From an uncultured archaeon (GTDB taxonomy: Archaea > Aenigmatarchaeota > Aenigmatarchaeia > CG10238-14 > SCSR01), in NCBI GenBank assembly GCA_964366355.1, contig CAYITO010000001.1, positions 2,459 to 66,458 on the forward strand: a stretch of 64,000 nt of DNA. Direction: 5' to 3'. The translations under genes were made by a program, and so were the position numbers. How positions within the stretch are numbered: position 1 is the stretch's first letter; the number at the start of each line of letters is the position of its first letter. Below the pieces are notes generated by a model that saw only the letters and a program-made list of their open reading frames with translations, was not told the origin of the DNA and made no database searches. Positions 18,977 through 28,563 of the stretch are shown in pieces.

Positions 18977-20134
18977 ATGAAAGTCAAAAGTTTGAAAATA
19001 CGGGAAGTGCTTGCAACAAATTCCCACAAAACAATCGAGGTTGAACTGCAGACAGAGAAGGGTTCTGTAAGGGCGTCGGTTCCTATCGGCACTAGCAGAG
19101 GCAAGTACGAGGTTGCTTATCTGCCAGTAGATGAGGCAGTATTAAAATTTGGTGGTATCAAACGACATTTTACATCCGAGGAACTGTCCGAGCAGAAAGA
19201 AGTTGACGAGATGCTCAGGATGATAGACAAGACTCCGGACTTCAAGGAAATTGGCGGCAATCTCGCATTGGGCATATCATCAGCTTTCCTGAAGGCTTTT
19301 GCACTTGAAAACAACCAAGAAGTATTCCAATTCTTGTCAAAAAAGCCATCCATGCCAAAACCGATATCGATAGTCGCCGGTGGATGGAAGGGACAGAGCG
19401 ACATACAGGAATTCCACTTTCTCCCTGTGCACCAAAATTCTTTCTTTGATAATATAACCAAAATCGCTTCAGCATATTTTGCGGTTGGAGAGAGCTTGAA
19501 AGAACATGATAGAAGTTTTAAATTCAGCAAAATTATCGAGTCAGGCTGGTTCACAACCCTGCACTATGAAAAACTGTTGGATGTCTTGACAAAAATCGCA
19601 AATGAAAAATCGCTGAAGATTGGATTGGATGTCGCAGCTTCGGAAATTTGGGATGGCGATGCTTATGTCTATTCGGATGGCAAACGCCTGTCTGCAACAC
19701 AACAAATCGAACTGATGGAAAATCTGGCCAATAATTACCCGATAACTTATATCGAAGATCCGTTCAACGAAGACGACTTCATTTCATTTTCAACCCTAAC
19801 CCATAGATTGCAAAACAAAACAGTATGCGGCGACGACATTTTCACAACAAATCTCAAAAGATTGAATTATGGCATCATGCACAAGGCAGCCAATGCCATC
19901 CTGATCAAGCCAAACCAAATCGGCACAATAACAGACATGATGAAGGTCATAGAGGAAGCCAAGAGAAACAGGCTGGTCACAGTGATGTCACACCGTTCTT
20001 CAGAATGCGACGATGTGTTAATTGCACATTTGGCTGTCGGATTGAATTGTGATTATGTAAAGTTCGGCATATCAGGAGACAGGGTAATCAAGCTAAACGA
20101 GATGATAAGAATAGAAGAAAAGCTTGCAAGTTAA
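18977..20134 (+). CDS. eno: Enolase (phosphopyruvate hydratase), short/divergent
   Basis: ..AANAILIKPNQIGTITD.. and ..VMSHRSSECDD.. (canonical SHRSGETED). Confidence 0.85.
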   Translation: MKVKSLKIREVLATNSHKTIEVELQTEKGSVRASVPIGTSRGKYEVAYLPVDEAVLKFGGIKRHFTSEELSEQKEVDEMLRMIDKTPDFKEIGGNLALGISSAFLKAFALENNQEVFQFLSKKPSMPKPISIVAGGWKGQSDIQEFHFLPVHQNSFFDNITKIASAYFAVGESLKEHDRSFKFSKIIESGWFTTLHYEKLLDVLTKIANEKSLKIGLDVAASEIWDGDAYVYSDGKRLSATQQIELMENLANNYPITYIEDPFNEDDFISFSTLTHRLQNKTVCGDDIFTTNLKRLNYGIMHKAANAILIKPNQIGTITDMMKVIEEAKRNRLVTVMSHRSSECDDVLIAHLAVGLNCDYVKFGISGDRVIKLNEMIRIEEKLAS

Positions 20135-20143
20135 ATTATATTC

Positions 20144-20752
20144 ATGGCCAAGATGCCATTAGAAGACGCCGATGAGCGAAATACAAGCAAGCTGCATTTA
20201 AACCCCTGGGAAATCATCCAGATTGTCTTGATTGTAATCGTGGCCTATCTGATGTATCTGTGGAAAGGCCCTCCGCTCGCGGCATTGACTGTCATGGTAT
20301 GGATTGACAAAAATTTCTTTACTAGGTTGAAATTTCAGGACCAATTTGGCTTGGAGCTGGAGACATTATCTTCGATAATTGCCGGCGTTATCTATGGTCC
20401 GTTCTTCGGCTTCTTCTTCGGCTTTGTCGTCTGGACATTTATCGGCGGCCTTTTTGAGATCGTTGCTTGGATGATTGTCCCGCCATATGGGCCTGCGACA
20501 TATCCATTCGTTCCGTCATTCGATACGCTGACTGACGGCTTTTTGGGTGTTGTAGGCGGTTTAGTCGGTACATCTATACCTCTGTTATTTCTAGTGTTCG
20601 GTGCATGTGTAATCCGAAATGTCATACAAATTGTTAAAGATTACGTATACGGCTGGCCACCGAAATTCGCATATGTGATAAACATTCTTTTCAATGTTAT
20701 CATAGTGATTGCATTCCAGTATTATTTGAAAGCAATATTCAATATATCCTAA
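20144..20752 (+). CDS. Integral membrane protein, unknown function
   Basis: Several hydrophobic helices. No motif recognised. Confidence 0.45.
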   Translation: MAKMPLEDADERNTSKLHLNPWEIIQIVLIVIVAYLMYLWKGPPLAALTVMVWIDKNFFTRLKFQDQFGLELETLSSIIAGVIYGPFFGFFFGFVVWTFIGGLFEIVAWMIVPPYGPATYPFVPSFDTLTDGFLGVVGGLVGTSIPLLFLVFGACVIRNVIQIVKDYVYGWPPKFAYVINILFNVIIVIAFQYYLKAIFNIS

Positions 20753-20804
20753 TTCCTTCCATGTTTGAAAATTTTTAAATATCATTACAACTAAGATAGA
20801 TGAT

Positions 20805-21878
20805 ATGGTTTCAATCGAAGCTTTAATCCCGAATGAATATCTCAATTTTCTGATAATCATAGTAGCCTCTGTAGTCTTTTCATGGCTAGCTCATTTTATC
20901 CTGAATAGACACGTCAAGAAAATCGTCGAAAAAACAAAGCAAGAAATCGATGATGAAATTCTTAAAGTCTCCTCTAAACCATTGCACACTTTGATCATTT
21001 CTATAGGACTATACATCGCCTTGAAATCTCTGTCAATTTTAACACCATACACCATTTGGTTGGATGGAGGATTTTTCGTACTTATTGCATTGGTCATATC
21101 ATGGACAATTTCCAGAATTTTAAAAATTTTAATAAGCCATTGGATCAAAGTTCAACATGGCTATGAAAAAGCACCCGAAGTAATCAGCAAAATAATTTCG
21201 ATGATAGTTTATCTTATAACTATTTTAATTATTCTCGCTTATTTCCGAATTGAGATAACACCTCTGATTGCAGCTTTGGGATTAGGCGGTGTGGCTGTAG
21301 GACTTGCCCTCCAAAGCACGCTCTCAGACTTTTTTGCCGGCATAAACATAGTCACGGACCGTCCAATAAAAGTCGGCGATTTTGTAGATCTCGAGGGAAA
21401 TATTTTGGGCGAGGTGGAGGATATAGGATGGCGAACGACAAAAATCAAGGTATTAGGTGGTGATGTAGCAATCGAGCCATTAGTAGCTGACATCATAATT
21501 ATTCCAAATTCAAAGCTTTCCAACTCTATAATCAAGAACTACTCTGTTCCCAGCCCAAGGACTACAGCATTAGTCGAATGCGGCGTTTCCTATAAATCTG
21601 ATTTGAGAAAAGTAGAGAAGATTACATTGGATGTCGCGAAAAAAATACAGGGAACATTTCCAGGTGCAGTTAAAGATGCTGAACCAGCTATGATGTACAA
21701 AACTTTCGGCGATTCTAACATCAATTTCATAGTTATACTGCGTGTTGAAAATATTATGCAGAAACGGCCAGTAATTCATGAATTCATAAAAGCGCTCAAA
21801 GAACGATACGACAAAGAAGGAATAGAAATTTCCTGGCCAATCAGAAAAATATACTATGGCAACAATGAGAAACTCTAA
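20805..21878 (+). CDS. Mechanosensitive ion channel, MscS family
   Basis: TM helices then ..GLALQSTLSDFFAGINIVTDRPIKVGDFVDLEGNILGEVEDIGWRTTKI.., the MscS beta-domain signature. Confidence 0.8.
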   Translation: MVSIEALIPNEYLNFLIIIVASVVFSWLAHFILNRHVKKIVEKTKQEIDDEILKVSSKPLHTLIISIGLYIALKSLSILTPYTIWLDGGFFVLIALVISWTISRILKILISHWIKVQHGYEKAPEVISKIISMIVYLITILIILAYFRIEITPLIAALGLGGVAVGLALQSTLSDFFAGINIVTDRPIKVGDFVDLEGNILGEVEDIGWRTTKIKVLGGDVAIEPLVADIIIIPNSKLSNSIIKNYSVPSPRTTALVECGVSYKSDLRKVEKITLDVAKKIQGTFPGAVKDAEPAMMYKTFGDSNINFIVILRVENIMQKRPVIHEFIKALKERYDKEGIEISWPIRKIYYGNNEKL

Positions 21879-21892
21879 CAGTTCAGTTTTTT

Positions 21893-22726
21893 TTAAATCC
21901 CTTTCGATATTTCTTTCAATCTTCTAATTCGCTCTTGGACTGGCGGATGAGTCGAAAATAACTTTACGAAAGCATCTCCGCTGAATGGATTTACAATAAA
22001 TAAATGGCTTGTGGCCGAATTCCCCTGCAGAGGATGATTAGTAGCAACCTTGGATATCTTGTCTAACGCAGATGCCAACGCCAATGGCTTCTTAGAAATC
22101 AAAGCGCCTGTTTTATCGGCTGCATATTCTCTTGTTCTCGATATTCCTAGTTGAATTAACGTAGCTGCCAGTGGTGCTAAAATTATCAAAGGCAGAAAGA
22201 TTGCACTACTACCCTGTCTTCTCTCACCGCCAAATGCTCCCCATAAAGCCATATGTGCAATGTAGGAAATGGCACCGGCGACCGTAGCAACAATTGTAGA
22301 AGTAAGTGTATCCCTATTTTTAACATGACTCAATTCATGCGATAGAACACCTTCAATCTCATCCCAATCCAATTGTTTCAAAAGTCCACTAGTTACTGCA
22401 ACAGCCGCATGCTTAGGCGAACGACCTGTTGCGAACGCATTTAGGACAGGCAAATTAACCAAATACAGCTTAGGTTTGGGCATCCCCGCCTCGTCTGCAA
22501 TCCTTTCTACAATATCATGCAACTTAGGCTCATCGCTTTTTGAAATAGGTTTTGCCCTGTACATTGCAAGTACAATTTTGTCAGAATACCAGTAGCTGAA
22601 GAAATTCAGGCCCAAGGCGATGAAAAAGAAAATTGTCATGCCCTGTATTCCAGCCAATAAGAAGCCTATGACTAATAGAATGCCTGTAAGCAATCCCAAC
22701 AATGCAGCAGTTCTTAAAAAGCTCAT
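21893..22726 (-). CDS. htpX: Zinc metalloprotease HtpX (M48 family)
   Basis: ..VLSHELSHVKNRD.. HExxH, a downstream ..EYAADKTGA.. motif, and N-terminal TM helices. Confidence 0.85.
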   Translation of the reverse strand: MSFLRTAALLGLLTGILLVIGFLLAGIQGMTIFFFIALGLNFFSYWYSDKIVLAMYRAKPISKSDEPKLHDIVERIADEAGMPKPKLYLVNLPVLNAFATGRSPKHAAVAVTSGLLKQLDWDEIEGVLSHELSHVKNRDTLTSTIVATVAGAISYIAHMALWGAFGGERRQGSSAIFLPLIILAPLAATLIQLGISRTREYAADKTGALISKKPLALASALDKISKVATNHPLQGNSATSHLFIVNPFSGDAFVKLFSTHPPVQERIRRLKEISKGI

Positions 22727-22794
22727 TTTCCCAACCGTAATTTATTGTTGTATAACCTTATAAAAATATCATATCCAGAATGTAATATATTTTA

Positions 22795-23397
22795 ATGGCA
22801 AAGAGAAGCAGACATACTATTGACGGGGCTATAAAGAATTTTGTCGGCGACTATCAATGGGAGCATAGGAATGCATTTTTTATAATTCTGAGTATAATTG
22901 TTGCCTACATCTTGCTGAAATCACAATTAATCCACAATTCAATTGCAACTATTGGTGATCTTGGCTATATTGGAAGTTTTGTTGCCGGGCTATTTTATGC
23001 ATATACTTTGACAGCAATTCCAGCTACAGCTAGTCTGTTCCTTCTTGGAGGACAGCTAAATCCCATACTCATCGCAATAACAGGGGCAGCCGGTGCAGTT
23101 TTAGGCGACTATATGATATTTCGTTTTGTCAAAGACAGTTTTATCCAAGGACTAGAGGAATTTCCAACCTTGAGGAAAATTATTTTCAAAATAAGCGACA
23201 ATATGAAAAAATCAAAAATTTCGAAAAAGCTTATCCCACTTCTGGCAGGTTTTATAATTGCTTCGCCGTTGCCTGATGAGTTGGGAGTAAGCATGCTTGG
23301 TATGGTTCGCTTTCGTTCAAGGAAATTCTTCATTTATTCATTTTCTTTGAATTTCATAGGAATTTTATTGATTGCATTTGCCGGAAAAGTTTTGTAA
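22795..23397 (+). CDS. Integral membrane protein, unknown function
   Basis: Four to five predicted TM helices. Confidence 0.45.
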   Translation: MAKRSRHTIDGAIKNFVGDYQWEHRNAFFIILSIIVAYILLKSQLIHNSIATIGDLGYIGSFVAGLFYAYTLTAIPATASLFLLGGQLNPILIAITGAAGAVLGDYMIFRFVKDSFIQGLEEFPTLRKIIFKISDNMKKSKISKKLIPLLAGFIIASPLPDELGVSMLGMVRFRSRKFFIYSFSLNFIGILLIAFAGKVL

Positions 23398-23427
23398 AAA
23401 TATAAATATACAACCGAAATATAACTC

Positions 23428-24381
23428 ATGCTCAATTTAATTGATTTAGTTGACAATGAGGAAAAAACTTTAACTCTTGATGAACTAAAGGAAGCGAAAC
23501 TGCATAATGTCTGGCTGGATTTAAAAGACCCTTCTGATGAGGAGGTCAGGGCTTTAGCAGAGAAAGTTGACATTTCCAAAAATCTCATCAAACCCACAGA
23601 GCTTCCAACATTTTCATCCATCCGTTACGTAGAAAATATGGCTATATTTTATTTTTCCAGTTTCTCAGGAGAATTTGACTTAAAAGAACTGTCTACAATT
23701 GCAATAATTTTTTCAAAAACTTTCATCGTTACGGTGCGAATCGGAGACATGCCTGCTTTGGACAAGGCAAAACAGCGCCTGCGCAAGGCAGAGACTGATT
23801 CACCGTCATATGTTCTTTATGTCCTTCTGGATGAAATCATAGGCAATTATTTTTCCTATGTAGAGCTTATAGACGACAAAGTTTCTCATCTGGAAGAAGC
23901 TGTGATAGAAAAACCTGCCGAAGGGTTGTTCAAGGAAATTATCGAAACGAAATCAAAATTAACCACTTTCAGCCGTTTTCTTTGGTACGAAAGGAGCGTC
24001 CTGTACGTTCTCAAGCGATCAGCCTTGCCTTTCATTACTGATATGACCAAAAGTTATCTGGATGAATTGGTAGACGACCTAACAAAACAAATTGATAGTG
24101 TCACTATATTCCGAGAAATTCTCACAGATGCGATGAACTTTTATCGTGCCGCCCTGACGCAGCAGTCGAATGAGAGGATAGAAAAACTTTCCGATATAGT
24201 GAAAGTACTGACAGCTTTGACGGTTATTATGGCAATCCCAGCTTCAATATCCTCTCATTATGGGCAAAACTTTCCTATACCGGAAATCAAGTCAGTAGAA
24301 TTTTATTACTTGACCACTGTGGTCACAGTAGGTTTGATATTGTTTGTAATTTTCATTTTCAAGAAAAAGGGCTGGATTTAG
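23428..24381 (+). CDS. corA: CorA-family divalent cation transporter (variant GQN motif)
   Basis: Soluble N-domain plus two C-terminal TM helices, with ..HYGQNFPIPE.. at the GMN-motif position. Confidence 0.7.
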   Translation: MLNLIDLVDNEEKTLTLDELKEAKLHNVWLDLKDPSDEEVRALAEKVDISKNLIKPTELPTFSSIRYVENMAIFYFSSFSGEFDLKELSTIAIIFSKTFIVTVRIGDMPALDKAKQRLRKAETDSPSYVLYVLLDEIIGNYFSYVELIDDKVSHLEEAVIEKPAEGLFKEIIETKSKLTTFSRFLWYERSVLYVLKRSALPFITDMTKSYLDELVDDLTKQIDSVTIFREILTDAMNFYRAALTQQSNERIEKLSDIVKVLTALTVIMAIPASISSHYGQNFPIPEIKSVEFYYLTTVVTVGLILFVIFIFKKKGWI

Positions 24382-24398
24382 AAGCTTAACTCAGAATT

Positions 24399-24974
24399 TT
24401 ATTTTACAATTTCCAACTTCAAAATACCGTTCTTGAATTGTCTGTCCACATACGCATTAGCTGGGACAGGTAACAGCTTAAAATAGCCTTTGTTGCCAGC
24501 AGCTGCTCTTATCTCAATGCTTTGTTCCAGCTGCTTTATCTGGACATCTTCCTCTTTGACATCTGGCAAGTTGATTGTAATTATCTGCTTTTTGCCAACA
24601 TGCTGTATCTTGGTCTCAGGTTCTTCGGTAAATTCTGGAATTCTAATCTCCCTTTTACCTTCGAACACAGGTTCTTTAACAGGAAATCTATGTTCGTGAT
24701 GTCTGTGGCCGGCAGATGTTTTGACCTCAACCCTAGGCTGGATGCCTGTGCCTGATGTTATTGTAATGCTTACGCCCCTTGCAGGAGACTTTAATCTAAA
24801 TCTCGGAAATCCCAAATTTCCCTCGAGCGTTTTATTGATCATTTCCATTTCCCTGCCGATATTTTTGTAATCACCGAAACTCTTCCCCAGCAAATCAACC
24901 CCGCAATTCGGGCAGAAATTCCATTTGTCCTTTGTCTCAACATTACAGTTTTTGCATTTCTTTTTCCAAAACAT
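24399..24974 (-). CDS. Small heat shock protein (Hsp20/alpha-crystallin) with N-terminal Zn-ribbon
   Basis: N-terminus CKNC..CPNC, C-terminus ..FKNGILKLEIVK, typical of an sHSP ACD. Confidence 0.7.
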   Translation of the reverse strand: MFWKKKCKNCNVETKDKWNFCPNCGVDLLGKSFGDYKNIGREMEMINKTLEGNLGFPRFRLKSPARGVSITITSGTGIQPRVEVKTSAGHRHHEHRFPVKEPVFEGKREIRIPEFTEEPETKIQHVGKKQIITINLPDVKEEDVQIKQLEQSIEIRAAAGNKGYFKLLPVPANAYVDRQFKNGILKLEIVK

Positions 24975-25010
24975 ACTATCTCATGCTCCTTCCTATTAAT
25001 ATATTCTAGT

Positions 25011-25466
25011 TTATCGAATTTTAATCTCTTTGCCAGCCTTCTTCTTTTCCTTCTTAGGCAGCCTGACTACAAGCGAGCCATTTTCAAACTCAGCCTCCGC
25101 TTTTTTATAGTCGACCTCTACAGGCAGGGTCATGAATTTCCTGAATGTGCCCAACCTTCTCTCAGCCCTATAAACGTCTCTAGCCTTCTCAATTTTACTT
25201 TCTTTATGGCTTGCAGAAATCTCGACGGTTCTTTCAGTCACTTTCACTGCAATCTCGTCTTTGTTGAACTGCGGAAGATAGGCTTTTACCACAACATCTT
25301 CATCCGTCTCGCCAACATCGATAAAATCAAACATTCCAGTAATATCTTTCATCGGCATGCCTTCCATGCTTTCTGACATCATTTTTGCAAACAATTTTTT
25401 CATCCTCTTCAATTCAGAAAAGTTCTCGTCCCAAACCATACAATCACCACTAATAGTAAGAATCAA
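25011..25466 (-). CDS. Small heat shock protein Hsp20
   Basis: ..AEFENGSLVVRLPKKE.. ACD C-terminal motif, with ..YRAERRLGTFRKFMTLP.. Confidence 0.8.
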   Translation of the reverse strand: MILTISGDCMVWDENFSELKRMKKLFAKMMSESMEGMPMKDITGMFDFIDVGETDEDVVVKAYLPQFNKDEIAVKVTERTVEISASHKESKIEKARDVYRAERRLGTFRKFMTLPVEVDYKKAEAEFENGSLVVRLPKKEKKKAGKEIKIR

Positions 25467-25480
25467 ATTTTATAAATATA

Positions 25481-25669
25481 TTAAGTAAGTGTCTGAATCT
25501 TTTTTCCTTTGAAGAGCGCCTTGCCGCCAGTCGGGAGAACCAACTCTTCTTCGCAATTTAGGCATTTCACAACCATTGAAGCCTTGCTGAATATAATCTG
25601 CTCATTCTTGCATTTGCGACAAAGCAATTTTATGAATCGCGATTCCGGAGCAGTTATTATCTCTTTCAT
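25481..25669 (-). CDS. rps27e: 30S ribosomal protein S27e (eS27)
   Basis: ..FIKLLCRKCKNEQIIFSKASMVVKCLNCEEELVLPTGGKA.. C4 Zn finger eS27. Confidence 0.85.
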   Translation of the reverse strand: MKEIITAPESRFIKLLCRKCKNEQIIFSKASMVVKCLNCEEELVLPTGGKALFKGKKIQTLT

Positions 25670-25950
25670 CCCTTCACCAGTTCAAGCTTCTTTACCCTAA
25701 AACCAGCACCGTGCATATGTTTCTTACCACATACAGAACATTTAAACCTCAAATCAACTTTTCTTGTGGGCTTCTCCCTTCCTTTCGGATTCTCCTTAGG
25801 AAAGCTTCCATATCCCAGCATCTTCCTTAAGAAGCGCCTCTGGCCCTGCGCCATCGTTCTTCTAGTCTTCTTCTTTGCCAACTCTGCGGTATGCGGCGTG
25901 TGTTTCTTGCAAAATAGACAGTATATATTGAGTTCCTTCGGGAATTTCAT
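25666..25950 (-). CDS. rpl44e: 50S ribosomal protein L44e (eL42)
   Basis: ..YCLFCKKHTPHT..QGQRRF..GYGSFPK..FKCSVCGKKH.. eL42 pattern. Confidence 0.85.
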   Translation of the reverse strand: MKFPKELNIYCLFCKKHTPHTAELAKKKTRRTMAQGQRRFLRKMLGYGSFPKENPKGREKPTRKVDLRFKCSVCGKKHMHGAGFRVKKLELVKG

Positions 25951-25968
25951 TCTTATCAATTGAAAGAT

Positions 25969-26343
25969 TTACTTTAAAAGTATTAAGAGTTTGGGATAAA
26001 ATAGGATTATTCCTACAATCACAGACGCTATCACGGTTATCAGTACTGCGCTTGCCGAAATGTCTTTTACAATTTTTATTGAAGGGTTGTGTTTTTTATC
26101 CACATAATCCGCAAAAATTTCTATTGCAGTGTTGAACGCCTCTGCAGCCAATACGCTTGAAATAATCAGAATCAGTATCAGCCACTCTACTGCACTAAAA
26201 CCAAGATACAAAGCCGCGATAATTGTTGCAATCGCAATTACAAGATGTATCTTGAAGGTATTCTCCGTGCGCGTGACTTCCATTAGTCCTGCCAATGCTT
26301 CCTTGAAGTGTATGTGTCTCACAATTAGAAAATTCAATTTCAA
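25969..26343 (-). CDS. dgkA: Diacylglycerol/undecaprenol kinase (DgkA family)
   Basis: Three TM helices, with ..AAEAFNTAIE..VDKKHNPSIKIVKDISASAVL.. DgkA motifs. Confidence 0.7.
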   Translation of the reverse strand: MKLNFLIVRHIHFKEALAGLMEVTRTENTFKIHLVIAIATIIAALYLGFSAVEWLILILIISSVLAAEAFNTAIEIFADYVDKKHNPSIKIVKDISASAVLITVIASVIVGIILFYPKLLILLK

Positions 26344-26870
26344 GCCTTAAATTCTTCTATCGCGTCTTTTTCCATCAGGACTTTGGCATTATCTTCAGGC
26401 AAGCTTGCAGTATCCCCCTTCTTGAAAGGGCCGTAAGTCTTCATATCGCTTCCGATAAATTCAGGAACATCTTCCTTGAAAATTATCAAGCTGGGTTCCT
26501 TCTTCTCGCCAGCAATTATAGATTTCAACATACCATCCCGCCTTCCCCTTATCAAGCCCACCAAGGAACTGTAGAATATCTTTTCTTCCTGCGTCAAGTT
26601 TTCCGGCGTTATTCTTGTTCGTACATTTATTATCGCAGCATTCAGAATTTTCCTCTCCCGCCTGTTGACTATATCCTCAACCAACCTTTCAACGCCCTTT
26701 ATTTCCAAGAACTCCTTCCTGTCATCATTCGACACCAAGCTTCTTTTATGATCCAGATATGCTGCAATTGCATCGAAGAAATTCTCAGGAAGCCTCGCCA
26801 ATTTTGGCAGTCTTTGCTCTTCCCTTTGTATCTTTCTTATCAGCTCAAAAGTTATGGTTTCCTCTAGCAT
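26340..26870 (-). CDS. GINS subunit (Gins51/Gins15 family), candidate
   Basis: ~177 aa, weak GINS A-domain-like pattern (..LPENFFDAIAAYL.., ..RRERKILNAA..). Sits immediately downstream of the primase gene, the conserved archaeal priS-gins15 arrangement. Confidence 0.5.
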   Translation of the reverse strand: MLEETITFELIRKIQREEQRLPKLARLPENFFDAIAAYLDHKRSLVSNDDRKEFLEIKGVERLVEDIVNRRERKILNAAIINVRTRITPENLTQEEKIFYSSLVGLIRGRRDGMLKSIIAGEKKEPSLIIFKEDVPEFIGSDMKTYGPFKKGDTASLPEDNAKVLMEKDAIEEFKA

Positions 26871-27171
26871 ACCAGTTAATATACAACACCTAAAACGTAA
26901 AAAGCTAACTAAACTGTAGATATTGAACAAAGAGTAATTTTATCTTTACCAAATAGGAAAATGCATTTCGTCTAACGTATGCTATTTACAGAAGCTTTTT
27001 GCCCTCTGGAACGAGGCACGGCAACTCTGCCGAGCGACGAACTGGCAAAAAATTTGGGTGAACGACTGCTTTTCCAACAAGTCAAAGAAAATTTTATCCT
27101 GAGGTATAAGCCACTCTTTAAGTCCCATAATCCCCGATAAATTACTTGTAAACTAAAGTTATAACTCTATT

Positions 27172-28470
27172 CTATCGCGTCTTTTTCCTAGTCCCAGATT
27201 TGTCGGCTTTCGAAATTTTCCTCATAGGATAGCTGATTGGATTCTTGATTCCTTGCGCATGGAGGTCTTTGCATAAGTCATACAGCCCCATGCTTTTGTA
27301 GAAGTTCTCATTGTCGCAGTTTGGCGGAGCCAATATCCTGTCACTTTGCCTGAAGTGCCATCTCAACTGGGAGCGCAGATAGCTGGACCTCAAAGGCGAA
27401 TAGTTCTTTTCATTCCACTCAAAAATCCTTTTTTCCACCTGCTCAGGATTCCAACCCATGTTTCTTAGGAAGTTGATTAGAATGAATAGCGAACGCTTCT
27501 TGCCGTCGCCTATGCCCTCCAAGATTTTTTTGATGCAGGGCGGGAAATAAGTTTCTGGAATGAATCTTGTTCTGTTGAATTCCCTTGTTTTTGGAAGTCC
27601 CTCTTTTTCTTCAACCATGTTTTTGGCAGCCCAGTCCAAAGCTTCTATCACCAAATCTTGAGCATCGCCCTTTGTCTCCGGAATTAAAAATTTCACCTCA
27701 ACCTTTGCATTTTCTGGCAAAGCCTGCTCCTTTTCAAACTTTCTTATATCCTCGGCTTTCAATGGCAAACTAACCAGCAAAGTGCTTTCGTGCAATGAAT
27801 ACGGCAGACGGAACAGATGCCTGCTTTTGAAAATGTCCATGTTGACAATCTTGAACGGGTCTATTTCCTCGTCCTTGATTATTTCATTCAAATTTTTCTC
27901 GCTTCTTCTTGCCAAGTTTTCAAGACTATCCAATGCAATCAGTTCATCCTTCAGCATGTCTTTGATATACCATTTTATGAAATTCGTAACCTTTTCCTGC
28001 AAACCAGGATAAAGCAACTGGATAGGCTGGTAGTTGATAGTCGGAGGCAGTGATTCGAACGGAACACCTATATGAAACCCCTTGCCACCGGAAAATTTCA
28101 AAGAGTAATTTCTCACACCATGATCTTTGAGAGCTTCTATGACAGTTCTTGTGGCGACTTTTGCAATTTCGAAGTCCTTGACGTCCGGATCGAAGAAAAC
28201 GCTCCAGCCCGTTCTCATATTATCCAAGTCCTTTTTAATCATGCCCACTTCCAGTTTCATGGGATTGGACCAGTGCTCGATGCTGCCGTGAAATGCAATA
28301 GCCCCCTCCGACACGGCATTTAGAATATCGCTCGGATACTGCATTATGTCAGGGCGCTTGCCAAAGGCACCACCATTGTAGACCGAGACTACTTCACGGT
28401 TATTCGAAACTTCTAGAATTGCTTTTTGTACAGATTCTTTAGAATACCAGTTGTAGGCTTTTTGCAGCAT
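27172..28470 (-). CDS. DNA primase, fused small (PriS catalytic) and large (PriL C-terminal-like) subunits
   Basis: PriS motifs ..FFDPDVKD.., ..FSGGKGFHIGV.., ..MDIFKSRHLFRLPYSLHEST.. in the N-terminal part. The C-terminal part has ..YFPPCIKKILEG..DGKKRSLFILINFLRNMGW.., the FPPC PriL signature. Confidence 0.8.
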   Translation of the reverse strand: MLQKAYNWYSKESVQKAILEVSNNREVVSVYNGGAFGKRPDIMQYPSDILNAVSEGAIAFHGSIEHWSNPMKLEVGMIKKDLDNMRTGWSVFFDPDVKDFEIAKVATRTVIEALKDHGVRNYSLKFSGGKGFHIGVPFESLPPTINYQPIQLLYPGLQEKVTNFIKWYIKDMLKDELIALDSLENLARRSEKNLNEIIKDEEIDPFKIVNMDIFKSRHLFRLPYSLHESTLLVSLPLKAEDIRKFEKEQALPENAKVEVKFLIPETKGDAQDLVIEALDWAAKNMVEEKEGLPKTREFNRTRFIPETYFPPCIKKILEGIGDGKKRSLFILINFLRNMGWNPEQVEKRIFEWNEKNYSPLRSSYLRSQLRWHFRQSDRILAPPNCDNENFYKSMGLYDLCKDLHAQGIKNPISYPMRKISKADKSGTRKKTR

Positions 28471-28563
28471 AACGTTCCATGAGAAGCAGAGCTCCTCAAG
28501 ATATATTAAGAGGGTATATTTAAATCCTAATTTTTAGGTTATGTAGTACGTACTACATTGAAT

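Noticed and set aside
19825-20052. 75-aa His/Arg-rich plus-strand ORF
   Set aside because: Out-of-frame ORF inside the enolase gene. Compositional artefact.
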